A DNA stretch of 64,000 nucleotides. Source: an uncultured virus (IMG/VR IMGVR_UViG_3300042473_000519). Its lineage: Duplodnaviria > Heunggongvirae > Uroviricota > Caudoviricetes. The notes under the pieces are model-generated. The model did not search any database. It saw only the letters and a list, made by a program, of their open reading frames with translations, and was not told where the DNA came from. This document shows, in pieces, positions 29,801 through 39,347 of the stretch; position 1 is the stretch's first letter, and each line of letters starts with the position of its first letter. The position numbers and the translations under genes were made by a program. The DNA is taken from IMG/VR virus record IMGVR_UViG_3300042473_000519. One strand, given 5' to 3'.

Positions 29801-30368
29801 CTTCTGGGGCAGTTTCAGTGGTACACAATACTACTACATAACATTGAGTAAAAACCCAAGCGGTTCAACTGCTGGTGCCACAACATTAACATCGACAATC
29901 AGCTATCCTCTTACAAGAACTTCACTAATATTCTTCACCAAAGCAAGCTGGGAAGCAACTTCTGCTACCACAGGTACTGAAGTCAACGTTGGCGGTATTT
30001 TTCCAGGTGGTACGTTTGTTTCATCAGTGACCTTGTCCACGTATTTTGCAACACAGTATTATCGTGTGACGTTTAACCAGACATCGGATACTACAACAAT
30101 TACCGCTGGTTCAACCACAGTAACATTCAAGTTTGGACAACCCCCATACGCACAACCAGGCGAGCAGATTTTCTCGTTTATTGCTGCCCCAGGTTCTACC
30201 AATTCACTGAATCTAAGTCCGTTGAAAGAACTTACAAATACCACATTGGGTGGTCGAGGCACATATCCAAATGGTCCAGACGTGTTGGCTATTAATATCT
30301 ATCGTGCTTCAGGTTCAGGAACTATTCCTTGTAACTTGGTGTTGCGTTGGAGTGAAGCGCAGGCTTAA
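26862..30368 (+). CDS. Large virion structural protein (1168 aa)
   Basis: LLIITNTTRNVILYNFAD N-terminus, DADFEYGLQPTKW, repeated IT.T....HG...G..V modules; late promoter upstream and terminator downstream. Confidence 0.7.
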   Translation: MAKSQIRSYVFTPGVAGVGTIKVPGKLDLNQLLIITNTTRNVILYNFADTTNASTAISFSRANSTDFPHALDSTDGITTITLQVNTASHNANDTLQIFYEKPWTDVRLPEVGTDAFERTRVSQPLSMLDADFEYGLQPTKWQAVSLMRGYPSIYELPGSDANVSAAVTNAATGESLITITTSSVHGYTVGQPVTIKGFNTAITGFSRAEGSFIIFSVPTTTTFTYYAKAQVGVTNGDNLFSPIIQLRKGGFYTGSQVSAPQFTYSAAATPVITVTFPAAHGFLPGDTIIVSTTSDSGDTLNHKFAGGPFFVETVPTLTTLTYTARSAVVITGTIGGIIYARPDAYFLHRPLDGGVILSTGSPSYGSHAIRMSKKYIRYQSGKAINYNTGALFAPNYDIRSVTASGTTVGSIITIITDDVDHSCQIGAGIELHGVLTSGYDGSYTVTSIVDERTLTVLATQTLGATTTDLAGPSFMVVKNWTGAIVRAGTFDDQNGPYWQYDGQTLAIGRRSSTFQVSGTIAVSPDSNILTGTNTRFIAQLAAGDRVVVRGMTHVVSQVNSDTQITVTPDYRGVNTASGIKMARVVDYTVPQREWNVDRCDGTGGVHNPSGFNIDVGKMQMIGLQWTWYGAGFCDWMMRGPDGRYITVHRLRGNNLNREAYQRSGNSPVRYEVINEGAKSVLTEAMTDSQTTIPVSDLTYFPTAGTVYIDNELIRYTGKSASVNAGNLTGAVRATTFTHFVAGSARAYSAGVAATHAKYEGVLQVAATATPNISHWGSAYIQDGGFDQDRGYLFNYQATNLLVSTTKQTAFMIRLAPSVSNALIGDLGDRELINRAQLLLQALEITSDGYTGTTPYTGGIVIEGVLNPQNYPLNVSDVAWNGLQGAGAGGLPSFSQVASGGGIVWASGATQTTSSITSVAFPTGTLSIELIPGNSNSVLSGYPYLFITAANYSTYIAAGLQTGQPITGSNIQSGTVINSINFWGSFSGTQYYYITLSKNPSGSTAGATTLTSTISYPLTRTSLIFFTKASWEATSATTGTEVNVGGIFPGGTFVSSVTLSTYFATQYYRVTFNQTSDTTTITAGSTTVTFKFGQPPYAQPGEQIFSFIAAPGSTNSLNLSPLKELTNTTLGGRGTYPNGPDVLAINIYRASGSGTIPCNLVLRWSEAQA

Positions 30369-30382
30369 TTCAAACAGTACCC

Positions 30383-30415
30383 AACAAAAAAGCCGCTTGA
30401 TGCGGCTTTTTTGTT
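30383..30415. terminator. Bidirectional intrinsic terminator
   Basis: AACAAAAAAGCCGC-TTGAT-GCGGCTTTTTTGTT between convergent genes. Confidence 0.9.
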
Positions 30416-30865
30416 TTATAAGTTATCTATTAAATCTATCACAGTTTGTATTTTGGTTTGAATGACTCGATTACGCAGACTTAAATCGAGTCCTCGGTGT
30501 ACGGGTTTAGGAAGCCGATCCAAGCTGAACCAGCCCCAGGCACTGTGTTCGTCACTTAGAATAGGAATAAATTCTTCTTCCACAACACAGAAGTACGTGT
30601 GAAAGTTAAACACACTGTCATTGCTGGTGAATTTTTCTAAAGGTAGCGTTTTATTAATGTAAGGAACTTTTCCTATTTCTTCTTCAATTTCACGCTGAAG
30701 ACCTTGCCAAGGAGATTCTCCAGATATATTAGTACCGCCCACTAGTCCCCAAGTGCCTACATGTTTGCCGTGTGCTTTTTGTAGTAATAAAAATCTTTGA
30801 GTTGATTTGGCACAAAACAATGCACCACTGCATATGATTTTTTCTGTTATAGTTCTATCATCCAT
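30416..30865 (-). CDS. Nudix hydrolase
   Basis: Nudix box G-TNISG-E-SPWQGLQ-REIEEEIG. Confidence 0.9.
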   Translation of the reverse strand: MDDRTITEKIICSGALFCAKSTQRFLLLQKAHGKHVGTWGLVGGTNISGESPWQGLQREIEEEIGKVPYINKTLPLEKFTSNDSVFNFHTYFCVVEEEFIPILSDEHSAWGWFSLDRLPKPVHRGLDLSLRNRVIQTKIQTVIDLIDNL

Positions 30866-32358
30866 TGGCCGGCCTTATATTCACCTTCAAAGCTCTTGAC
30901 CCAGGAAACTCCGTTCCATGCGTACTGAACTCCAGTGTATATATTCGTCTGCCATACCATGGTGTCTGCTTCTTGAATGCTGTTAAAAATTACTTGCCAT
31001 GCTGTGCCACTCCATTCGATAATATCGTTGGCATGTGCCACAAAATCAACATTTGCAGTGCTTTTCCAAGCATCGGCACCGTCTGTATTGATCACACTGC
31101 CGATATCTTCTATTATTAAATAACGTCGACCAGCTGCTAATGCACCGTATCGAGAAACAAATTTTGCATCACTGGGCCCAGTAACCAGTGGGTCCATGAT
31201 GGCATCGAACGTGCCCGGACTACTGGCTCTGTGACACCCGCCTAAATTGTATCCAATATCAGTATCCAAGTATCCATTACTATCTATGCCGGTGTTGGTA
31301 GTAAGTGTATCAGTATCCCATGACACATTAAGTAGTGTATTATCCAATGGGTTGATCAATATAGTACCTATGACACTTGATCCGTTGGGCTGCGTTAAAA
31401 ACAATCTACTGGAACCAGCAACATACTGCTGAGGAAATTGTTCAAACAGCACTAGCCAATTGATAGCTGGCCCTTGTTTAACCGGCAATTCTAAAAGATT
31501 GTTTTTAGGTATTGCATTTTCACTCGAAGCCATTAATCTAACTTCGCCACCGTATACTTGAATTCCAAAGTTACCGCTGGTAGTTTCGGTTATTCTTGTC
31601 AGCTCTGTTGATAATGTTATTGTTGGGCCAGCAAGATCTTGCCCTAGGCCATCTATGTATCCACTTGGGCTTGTGTTTGAATCTTGATAAAAACTTGTGA
31701 TAATTTTGGTAATAACGCCAAGGTGTTTGACTTTAGCAGGCGGACTAATCCAAATTGGAGTTACTACTGTTAGTGTAGCTATGTCAATAGGAGTATCAGT
31801 TCCTACTGGAACAGTTCTACTGCCCCATTTTACATCAGTTAATTCTAAGGTGGTTAAACTGGTCCAATCAATGTAATTGTCAGTTGTTTGTAGTTCCAAA
31901 CTAGGATTAAACAACACCAATAGCTGTTCCATGATTTGTAATTTCTGGTCAGTATTGGCGGCCCATATATCTACTTTCATTGTCAGTTTGAATGGAGTTG
32001 GCATCACACGTTCAACAGTATAATTACGGCCCTGGCTTTGATTATACGTGTCATTCCCAGTTGCTGTGTCAACTTGGATTCCACGTTCTCTAAAGTGTAC
32101 TTTTCCTACAAAACTTGAATCGCTAAGTCTATTACGATCCAAACTTAATTCGCCGATATACACAGAAATTCTAGGAACACTATTAACTTTGTTTTCACTA
32201 TTTTGCCTTATGATACTGGCAACTTGTCTGTCAGCATCACCATACATAACCGGAATACGTACTAGTGTACCGTCGCTGTATTTGACTACAAAATTACTGA
32301 ACACCCGAATTGTTTGTGTTAGATATCTACGTATTTGACCATCGTAAAAATGTTGCAT
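30847..32358 (-). CDS. gp15: Tail sheath stabiliser/terminator (gp15-like) with C-terminal extension
   Basis: HFYDGQIRRY...F; IPVMYG; PRIS; PTPF.L; QIMEQLLVLFNP. Confidence 0.75.
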   Translation of the reverse strand: MQHFYDGQIRRYLTQTIRVFSNFVVKYSDGTLVRIPVMYGDADRQVASIIRQNSENKVNSVPRISVYIGELSLDRNRLSDSSFVGKVHFRERGIQVDTATGNDTYNQSQGRNYTVERVMPTPFKLTMKVDIWAANTDQKLQIMEQLLVLFNPSLELQTTDNYIDWTSLTTLELTDVKWGSRTVPVGTDTPIDIATLTVVTPIWISPPAKVKHLGVITKIITSFYQDSNTSPSGYIDGLGQDLAGPTITLSTELTRITETTSGNFGIQVYGGEVRLMASSENAIPKNNLLELPVKQGPAINWLVLFEQFPQQYVAGSSRLFLTQPNGSSVIGTILINPLDNTLLNVSWDTDTLTTNTGIDSNGYLDTDIGYNLGGCHRASSPGTFDAIMDPLVTGPSDAKFVSRYGALAAGRRYLIIEDIGSVINTDGADAWKSTANVDFVAHANDIIEWSGTAWQVIFNSIQEADTMVWQTNIYTGVQYAWNGVSWVKSFEGEYKAGQWMIEL

Positions 32359-33761
32359 TATAGATCTGCCTTGGGTTTAAGTGCCTTAGAGAGACTTTGC
32401 CTCTCTTCTTCGCGTACATTGTATAGCGTTACAGTCCACGCTCCATCGTAAGGAATTGTTTCTTGTGTTAGATTAATAACTGGCAATGCTATTTGTATAA
32501 AACTACCTGCAATAGAAATTAACTCTGGATGATCTGCAAGTGCATATTCTAATTTGTTTGTATCAAGTTTTAACACAACATACGGTGCTGTGACAGTGGA
32601 CGCAATGTTAGTAAGTACAACCGTATCTCCAATTTCTAATCTTACATAATCAGTAGCAACAATATCAGTATACATGTGATTAGTATTGTTAATAAAGTTA
32701 GTCTTAAAAGTACGTCTTGTGTCGTTATTAGTCATATTCATACGTACTGCATCTTCAACTTTGATCCATCTAGTACTATCAAATCTAAACAGTCTATTGG
32801 GTAAAAAATCAGTACGCAAAAAGAAATCATTTTGTGCTGGTGCCATAGGGAACTGTATTCCAAATCCAAACTCGTATCCGTTAACTGGAAAACCGTCGCC
32901 TACCAAATAACCTGTATATCCAGTACGCTCCGGAACACCATTCACTTGACTTGCTCTTACTGAAGATGCCGCTGATATATCAGTTTCATCCGCGGTTGTT
33001 AATGTTGGTTTGCCCGTAGAATCAACTGCAAGTGTATAAAACTGTCTTGTTTCGTATCCACTCTTGGGTGCATCTGCTTCTGCTTGTGCAACAACTTGAT
33101 CGTTGATTTCCAGTTCTTTGTTGTGTGTACTGAGCAAATCACGCAATGTCATACCACTTGGATCACCGTTAGCATCTGTAGCAGGTTTGTTGAGAATGTC
33201 AGCAAACTGCTGGCTATCTGTTATTTTCTTAAGTTTTAATCTGTACAAATGCGGATACCAAGTTGGGCTAAATCCTTCACTGGCACGGCCCACATCCTCA
33301 ATTACATAATATCGTGGCAAGGCAATATCGTAATCATTCAGTGCAAATTGATCCTTCAAATGCGGTAGTTCTATCACATCGCCACTGATAGGTTTACGAT
33401 CGATATACTTGATAAAATCGTTGATATGCACAGTCATGTAAATTGTATCGTTATCAATGAACAGGCCAAACTGACTTAGATTAAAGTCGATATTTTGCAC
33501 ATTATAAATGCCACGAATACGGTATATTTCTTCTTCGTATTTCCTATCACGGTTTTCTAAAAACAGTAAATCCTGTATGTTTGCCACATTGTATGAATCA
33601 ATTACAGGTTGATCTGCGGTACCGTTTGGGTTTAATTTTGGACCCATATACTTGTGCAAGTATACATCTGTACCGCCAACCTGAAACATCTCAGAAATCT
33701 GGCGATCCATGAATTTATAATCTTGCCCACGTTCGGGTTTATACAGTGATAGTCTTGGCAT
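32358..33761 (-). CDS. gp14: Neck protein (gp14-like) with C-terminal extension
   Basis: E.FQVGG.DVY; DLLFLENRDRKY; LSQFGLF; P.SGDVIELP; adjacent to gp13- and gp15-like genes. Confidence 0.7.
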   Translation of the reverse strand: MPRLSLYKPERGQDYKFMDRQISEMFQVGGTDVYLHKYMGPKLNPNGTADQPVIDSYNVANIQDLLFLENRDRKYEEEIYRIRGIYNVQNIDFNLSQFGLFIDNDTIYMTVHINDFIKYIDRKPISGDVIELPHLKDQFALNDYDIALPRYYVIEDVGRASEGFSPTWYPHLYRLKLKKITDSQQFADILNKPATDANGDPSGMTLRDLLSTHNKELEINDQVVAQAEADAPKSGYETRQFYTLAVDSTGKPTLTTADETDISAASSVRASQVNGVPERTGYTGYLVGDGFPVNGYEFGFGIQFPMAPAQNDFFLRTDFLPNRLFRFDSTRWIKVEDAVRMNMTNNDTRRTFKTNFINNTNHMYTDIVATDYVRLEIGDTVVLTNIASTVTAPYVVLKLDTNKLEYALADHPELISIAGSFIQIALPVINLTQETIPYDGAWTVTLYNVREEERQSLSKALKPKADL

Positions 33762-33765
33762 ATGA

Positions 33766-33785
33766 TATTTATCGCCAGCTAAATA
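33766..33785. promoter_or_regulatory. Back-to-back late promoters (GATAAATA on minus strand, 33766-33773; GCTAAATA on plus strand, 33778-33785)
   Basis: Both lie in the 40-nt gap between divergent neck genes. Confidence 0.7.
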
Positions 33786-33801
33786 TACATGGAGAACTTA
33801 T

Positions 33802-34587
33802 ATGGACGATCTACCAGCAACAACAGAATCTAATTCATTATTGGAACGAAACAAAGTGTTTGACTATGTTCGTGCCATGCTTGGCGATGGCATGATTGAA
33901 GTAGAGCTTGACCCTATTCACTATGAAACTGGACTTGATCGTGCGTTAAATCGCTTTCGACAACGCAGTCCAAACGCAGTGGAGGAAAGTTATAGCTTCC
34001 TTGAATTAATACAGGATCAAAACGAATATCGCTTGCCCGACGAAATTATCAATGTGCAAAGTGTATTTCGCAGAGCAATTGGCAGTAGAAGTGGTATGGG
34101 TGCAGGTGGTACATTGTTTGAACCATTCAACTTGGCCTATACAAATACCTATTTGATGTCGGGTAGTATGATGGGCGGCCTTGCAACATATGAACTATTT
34201 GCTGGCTATCAAAAGCTAGTGGGTAAAATGTTTGGATCGTTCATTGAATTTAGTTGGAAGCCCACAAGTCATATTCTAAACATTTTACAACGCCCGTTTG
34301 CACAAGGCGAACAAATTTTAATTAAGAGTCAGAACTATCGTCCAGACTGGGTATTGCTACAGGATATCTATGCCAAACAATGGCTCAAAGACTATACACT
34401 GGCAAGTTGTAAAATCATGCTGGGAGAAGCCCGCAGTAAGTTTGGTTCTATTGCAGGGCCAGGTAGTGCCATCACACTAAACGGTACAGCATTATTAACT
34501 GCTGGAACAGCGGAACTTAAAGATCTTGACAAAGAAATGGAAACTTACATAGCAGGTGGTACAGGCTATGCATTTGTTATTGGCTAA
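33802..34587 (+). CDS. gp13: Neck protein (gp13-like)
   Basis: YV...LG...IEVEL; WLKDYTLA.CK..LGE.RSKF....GPG..ITLNG..L. Confidence 0.85.
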   Translation: MDDLPATTESNSLLERNKVFDYVRAMLGDGMIEVELDPIHYETGLDRALNRFRQRSPNAVEESYSFLELIQDQNEYRLPDEIINVQSVFRRAIGSRSGMGAGGTLFEPFNLAYTNTYLMSGSMMGGLATYELFAGYQKLVGKMFGSFIEFSWKPTSHILNILQRPFAQGEQILIKSQNYRPDWVLLQDIYAKQWLKDYTLASCKIMLGEARSKFGSIAGPGSAITLNGTALLTAGTAELKDLDKEMETYIAGGTGYAFVIG

Positions 34588-34595
34588 CAAATAAA

Positions 34596-34624
34596 TTGAC
34601 TTTGTAATAAAACTGTTATATAAT
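34596..34624 (+). promoter_or_regulatory. sigma70-type promoter TTGACT-17-TATAAT
   Basis: Near-consensus; upstream of the dNMP kinase. Confidence 0.75.
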
Positions 34625-34646
34625 AGAGCTATTATTAGGGGGCTCT

Positions 34647-35306
34647 ATGATTATAGGCGTTTGCGGTTTTATTGGTTCTGGCAAAGATACTATTGCCGAC
34701 TACCTTACTAACTTTCACGGATTTCGTCGAGAATCATTTGCCAATAGTCTTAAAGATGCAGTGGCACAAGTGTTCGGCTGGGACCGTACTATGTTAGAAG
34801 GACGCACTAAACAAGCCCGTGAATGGCGTGAACAGGTAGATCCTTGGTGGTCAGAACGCTTGAATATACCCAATCTCACACCACGTTGGGTGTTACAATA
34901 CTGGGGTACTGAAGTATGTCGTCGAGCATTTCACGATGATATTTGGATTGCCAGTTTAGAAAACAAGCTACGTAATAGTACAGACGATGTTGTTATCAGT
35001 GATTGCCGCTTTCCTAACGAAATTAAGTCAATTAAAGATGCTGGCGGCATTGTTGTACGTGTTCTCCGAGGCACTGAACCTGAATGGTACGACGCGGCAA
35101 TCAGCATGAATAAAGGTGACCGAGGCAACATGACCTGGGCATTGAGCAAGTCTAAAATAGAAGAATTAGGAATTCATGCCAGTGAAACTGCATGGGTTGG
35201 TACTGAGTTTGATGCTGTATTAGACAACAATGGACACATTGATGACTTGTACGCCCAAGTATACCCTCTTATAAATCGGGAATTAACTTCGGCGGAGTCA
35301 ATTTAA
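34647..35306 (+). CDS. gp1: Deoxynucleoside monophosphate kinase (gp1-like)
   Basis: IIGVCGFIGSGKDT; SFA..LK; TPR..LQ.WGTE; ISDCRF.NE; HASE. Confidence 0.92.
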   Translation: MIIGVCGFIGSGKDTIADYLTNFHGFRRESFANSLKDAVAQVFGWDRTMLEGRTKQAREWREQVDPWWSERLNIPNLTPRWVLQYWGTEVCRRAFHDDIWIASLENKLRNSTDDVVISDCRFPNEIKSIKDAGGIVVRVLRGTEPEWYDAAISMNKGDRGNMTWALSKSKIEELGIHASETAWVGTEFDAVLDNNGHIDDLYAQVYPLINRELTSAESI

Positions 35307-35988
35307 TAGCCACTTGACAGTTTAAACAGATTGTTTTGTATTTTTTATTTTCTTTATTTACAAGTAATTGTTCTGTAAATTTTGATTTAAAATTACATAT
35401 TTCGCAATTTGTTAATTTTTTATAGCCATCCCGCATCCAATCTGGAACCCGTTCTCGTGTATCTCCTTTACTACAAATAGTACAAGTTGATCTATAAAAG
35501 GTCTTGCCTTCTTTGATATAATTAATAGTTTTTGGTCGAATTCCGCATATCTTACAAGATCCCCTATCAAATACTTTTGTTAGATCAGTATGTGCAGATA
35601 AGATTTCATCCTGTATTGTTTTTTCTTTTTTATATTCTTTGCCAGCTTGTCGATATATTTTACTAATTATTGACTTTGCAAGAGCATATTTTTTTGAATT
35701 TAATCGAGTACGTTTTCCGTCACGATCCTGCATAGACATAGCATTAATAGCCTGTGCCATCTTAATTCCACTATCGCCTCTGTACATTTTAGCTAATAGC
35801 AAGTGTGCTACAAAATGCTCCCTTGCAGTTAAGATTACTAAATTTTCAGGAACATCAGCACCTCCTAAACTCCTAGGAAGAATATGATGAGACTCTGTAT
35901 AAACAGTTGGCTTAACACGCATTTTACAATTAGCAATAATCAAAGCGTACCATTTTGTATATTTGTTTTTTATTAAATCTGGATGCAT
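35269..35988 (-). CDS. HNH (Mob-like) endonuclease domain fused to a four-CxxC Zn-binding domain
   Basis: YTESHHILPRSLGG.D..ENLV.LTAREHFVAHLLL; CKIC, CTIC, CEIC, CLNC. Confidence 0.8.
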   Translation of the reverse strand: MHPDLIKNKYTKWYALIIANCKMRVKPTVYTESHHILPRSLGGADVPENLVILTAREHFVAHLLLAKMYRGDSGIKMAQAINAMSMQDRDGKRTRLNSKKYALAKSIISKIYRQAGKEYKKEKTIQDEILSAHTDLTKVFDRGSCKICGIRPKTINYIKEGKTFYRSTCTICSKGDTRERVPDWMRDGYKKLTNCEICNFKSKFTEQLLVNKENKKYKTICLNCQVAIKLTPPKLIPDL

Positions 35989-36011
35989 ACCTTTTAAGAC
36001 CTTTGTGAAAA

Positions 36012-36088
36012 TATTTATACCTTTTCAAGCCTTTTTTGTCAATTTCATTACGCTATATCAGCTAGAAAAACCAAAAAACCTATAAATA
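36012..36088. promoter_or_regulatory. Divergent consensus late promoters TATAAATA (minus 36012-36019; plus 36081-36088)
   Basis: Exact T4 late consensus on both strands, upstream of the HNH and sheath genes. Confidence 0.75.
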
Positions 36089-36120
36089 CATTAGAACATG
36101 TATTCATGGAGATAAAACAT

Positions 36121-39100
36121 ATGGCTCAATTAAGTTCACCAGGCGTAAGCGTAACAGTAATAGACGAGAGTTTCTACACTCCAGCTGCCCCCGGCACTGT
36201 ACCGTTAATTGTCGTTGCTTCCGCAGAAAATAAACAAAATGGTGCAGGTACTGGTACCGCACCTGGAACACTGGCAGCAAACGCAGGCAAAATATATTTG
36301 CTTACTAGCCAGAAAGATCTTTCAGATACATTTGGTATACCCAAATTTTACACTGACTCAAACAACAATCCTATCCATGCTGGTGAACAGAATGAGTATG
36401 GTTTAGAGGCTGCATACAGCTTCTTAGGGGTGAGCAATCGTGCGTATGTGGTACGTGCAGATTTAGATCTTGACCAACTGACAGGCAAAGCAGAAGCACC
36501 TACTGGTGCACCAGCTGACGGAACATACTGGTTTGCTACTGCGGACACCAAATTTGGCGTCAACCAATATAACGCAGACACTGGCACATTTGGCACGGAC
36601 AATGTTCGTTACCCAACAATCATCACTGATGTTAATCAACTAGTCGGAGCAGTTGCAGACGGAGATCCTGCAACTTCAGTTGGTGCCAACGGCGAGTATG
36701 CACTGGTAGCAACTACAAGTCTTAATAGATTGTACTACAAAAAAGTTTTAACAAACACAGCCGCAGGAACATGGGTTAAAGTTGGAACAGGTGCTTGGAA
36801 AGCAAGTTGGCCTGCTGCCACTGGAAACATAGTTAGTCCCACTCTGCTAGTGGGCGACGAAATTGTTATTAACAGTGTTACTGTAACTGGTGTTGAGTCA
36901 GTGACTGCATTGGCTGCTGCCATCAATGCTGCAAACATTTCTGCAGGTGGTGTTAAAGCAGCCGCAATTAGCGGATTTTTAAATCTTTATTCTAGTGGTG
37001 TTGACATTGTGATCAGTGGCACTACTGTAGCAAAAGTTGGATTATCTTCAACTACTTATATCGCTCCTGTATTACAAATCAGCAAACACACTTCAGTTCC
37101 AACATTCGATGCAGACAATGCTCCAACTGGTTCAATCTGGGTTAAGACAACTAAACCTAATCAAGGTGCAGACTATATTATTAAAAAATACAGTGCAACT
37201 ACTGGTGCCTTTGTAGAGCAAGCAGTTTCGTTATACCCAACAGCAGCCCAGGCCCTTAACGGATTAGATCCATTAACAGGTGGACTAGGCCTAGCAATCG
37301 GTACTGTTTATGTAAAAACAAATGATGCCGAAACAACCAACGAAGCAGATTTTAAAATTTATGCACGTTCAGGAGTTGGTCCAACTATAGTAACTTCGAT
37401 TGCAATCACAACTGCCCGTAATTTCACTGCTGGCACTAATACATTCCAATTGGACGTAAGCCGTGCAGGATCAAATACCTACACCAATGTCACTGTTACA
37501 TTTACAGCAGGAACTGATCCTGTGCAAAACGTAAATTCATTGTTGGATCAGTTACATTCTCAACTAACTGGTCTTCCAGTAACTGCCACAAGAACTACTA
37601 CTAATCAAATTGTTATTAGTCACACAGACGGCGGCGACATTAAATTCACCGACGGAACTGGTGCTCCGATAAATCAACTATTTGCAGCTGGTACAACTAC
37701 TAATTTCTACCTAGATCCAACAGGTGTTGCAGATGGTGTTGCAAGTTTGTGGACAGAGTCTTTTGATATTACATCAAGTGACACTGCACCTACATCAACA
37801 CCAACAGACGGTACATTGTGGTACAACACCATGATTGACGAAGTTGATATCATGGTGCATAACGGTACAATTTGGAAGGGTTATAGCAGTATTGCAGGCA
37901 GTAATCCAACAGGTCCGATTGTTAGTGCAACTAGACCAACATTACAGTCTGATGGAACTGCACTGGTAAACGGAGATTTGTGGATCAGTACTGCTGATTT
38001 AGAAAACTTCCCATTAATCTATAAATTTAACTTTACCACTAAGAAATGGGTACTACTTGATAACGCAGATCAAACAACACAAAATGGTGTTTTATTTGCA
38101 GACGCACGTTGGAACACAACTGGTGAAGGTCCTGACGCTAGTCCTATAGTTGACTTGTTAGGCAGCGATTTTGTAGATTTTGACTGTCCAGATCCTGCAT
38201 TGTATCCATCAGGAACATTGTTATGGAATTTGCGTCGTAGTGGATTTAACGTTAAACGTTATCAAGAAACTTATGTTGATGTTCTTGCACGTAACATCCG
38301 ATTTGGTGATGAAGTGATGACAGACTACTATCCAGCTCGCTGGGTTAGCTATGCTGCCAACCAAGTTAATGGTGCTGGATCATTTGGACGCAAGGCTGTA
38401 CGTCAAGTTGTACTTGCTGCAATCAATGCAGAAATCAACGGCAACACAAACATGCGTGATGAAGAATCACTTATTTTCAACTTGATGGCTTGCCCAGGTT
38501 ATACTGAAGCAATTACAGCATTGGTTGGCTTAAACTACGACCGTGGACAAACTGCATTCGTGGTTGGCGATACACCAGCACGTTTAACACCAGATGCTAC
38601 TACACTAAGCAACTGGGGTAACAACACAGCAAACGCAACAGTTAACGGCGATGACGGATTAATTGCAACAGATGCTTATCTTGGTGTGTTCTATCCATGG
38701 GGTTATACCACAGACTTGTTAGGCAACAACATTGTTGTTCCTCCAAGCCACATGATGTTGCGTACAATTGCTCTAAGCGATAATGTCTCTTATCCATGGT
38801 TTGCTCCAGCAGGAACACGCCGTGGCGGTATTACTAATGTTAGCTCAGTGGGTTATGTTGATCCGCTAACTGGTGAATTTAATGCAACTGCATTGAACAA
38901 CGGACAACGTGATACGCTAGCAAGCATTCATGTGAACCCAATCACATTCATCACAGGCACTGGTCTAGTTAACTTTGGACAATATACACGACAATTAACT
39001 GCGAGCTCATTGGATCGCATTAACGTGGCACGTTTGGTGATTTATCTACGTAGACAGTTTGCCCAGTTGGCAAAACCATATGTGTTTGAACCAAACGACA

Positions 39101-39330
39101 CTATCACACGTAATGAAATTAAACAAGCCGCAGAAAGTCTATTGCTTGAATTAGTAGGACAACGTGCATTGTACGACTACTTGGTAGTGTGCGATACTTC
39201 AAATAATACGCCTGCAAGAATCGATCGCAGCGAACTATACCTTGATGTTGCAATTGAACCAGTGAAAGCAGTTGAATTTATTTACATTCCACTACGCTTG
39301 AAGAACACTGGCGAGATAGCAGGTCTATAA
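36121..39330 (+). CDS. gp18: Tail sheath protein (gp18-like) with large insertion domains
   Basis: L.SPGVSVTVIDES; PPS; PWFAPAG.RRG; LDRINVARL; FEPND..TR; IEPVKAVEFIYI; start 36121 has a GGAG SD. Confidence 0.95.
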   Translation: MAQLSSPGVSVTVIDESFYTPAAPGTVPLIVVASAENKQNGAGTGTAPGTLAANAGKIYLLTSQKDLSDTFGIPKFYTDSNNNPIHAGEQNEYGLEAAYSFLGVSNRAYVVRADLDLDQLTGKAEAPTGAPADGTYWFATADTKFGVNQYNADTGTFGTDNVRYPTIITDVNQLVGAVADGDPATSVGANGEYALVATTSLNRLYYKKVLTNTAAGTWVKVGTGAWKASWPAATGNIVSPTLLVGDEIVINSVTVTGVESVTALAAAINAANISAGGVKAAAISGFLNLYSSGVDIVISGTTVAKVGLSSTTYIAPVLQISKHTSVPTFDADNAPTGSIWVKTTKPNQGADYIIKKYSATTGAFVEQAVSLYPTAAQALNGLDPLTGGLGLAIGTVYVKTNDAETTNEADFKIYARSGVGPTIVTSIAITTARNFTAGTNTFQLDVSRAGSNTYTNVTVTFTAGTDPVQNVNSLLDQLHSQLTGLPVTATRTTTNQIVISHTDGGDIKFTDGTGAPINQLFAAGTTTNFYLDPTGVADGVASLWTESFDITSSDTAPTSTPTDGTLWYNTMIDEVDIMVHNGTIWKGYSSIAGSNPTGPIVSATRPTLQSDGTALVNGDLWISTADLENFPLIYKFNFTTKKWVLLDNADQTTQNGVLFADARWNTTGEGPDASPIVDLLGSDFVDFDCPDPALYPSGTLLWNLRRSGFNVKRYQETYVDVLARNIRFGDEVMTDYYPARWVSYAANQVNGAGSFGRKAVRQVVLAAINAEINGNTNMRDEESLIFNLMACPGYTEAITALVGLNYDRGQTAFVVGDTPARLTPDATTLSNWGNNTANATVNGDDGLIATDAYLGVFYPWGYTTDLLGNNIVVPPSHMMLRTIALSDNVSYPWFAPAGTRRGGITNVSSVGYVDPLTGEFNATALNNGQRDTLASIHVNPITFITGTGLVNFGQYTRQLTASSLDRINVARLVIYLRRQFAQLAKPYVFEPNDTITRNEIKQAAESLLLELVGQRALYDYLVVCDTSNNTPARIDRSELYLDVAIEPVKAVEFIYIPLRLKNTGEIAGL

Positions 39331-39347
39331 TAATTAGGAGAACATAA

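Noticed and set aside
1227..30368. Many 60-190 aa antisense or alternate-frame ORFs over the fibre genes (e.g. 6161..6484, 21651..22175, 28245..28805)
   Set aside because: Shadows of Thr/Gly/Ala codon bias; no SD, promoter or recognisable motif.
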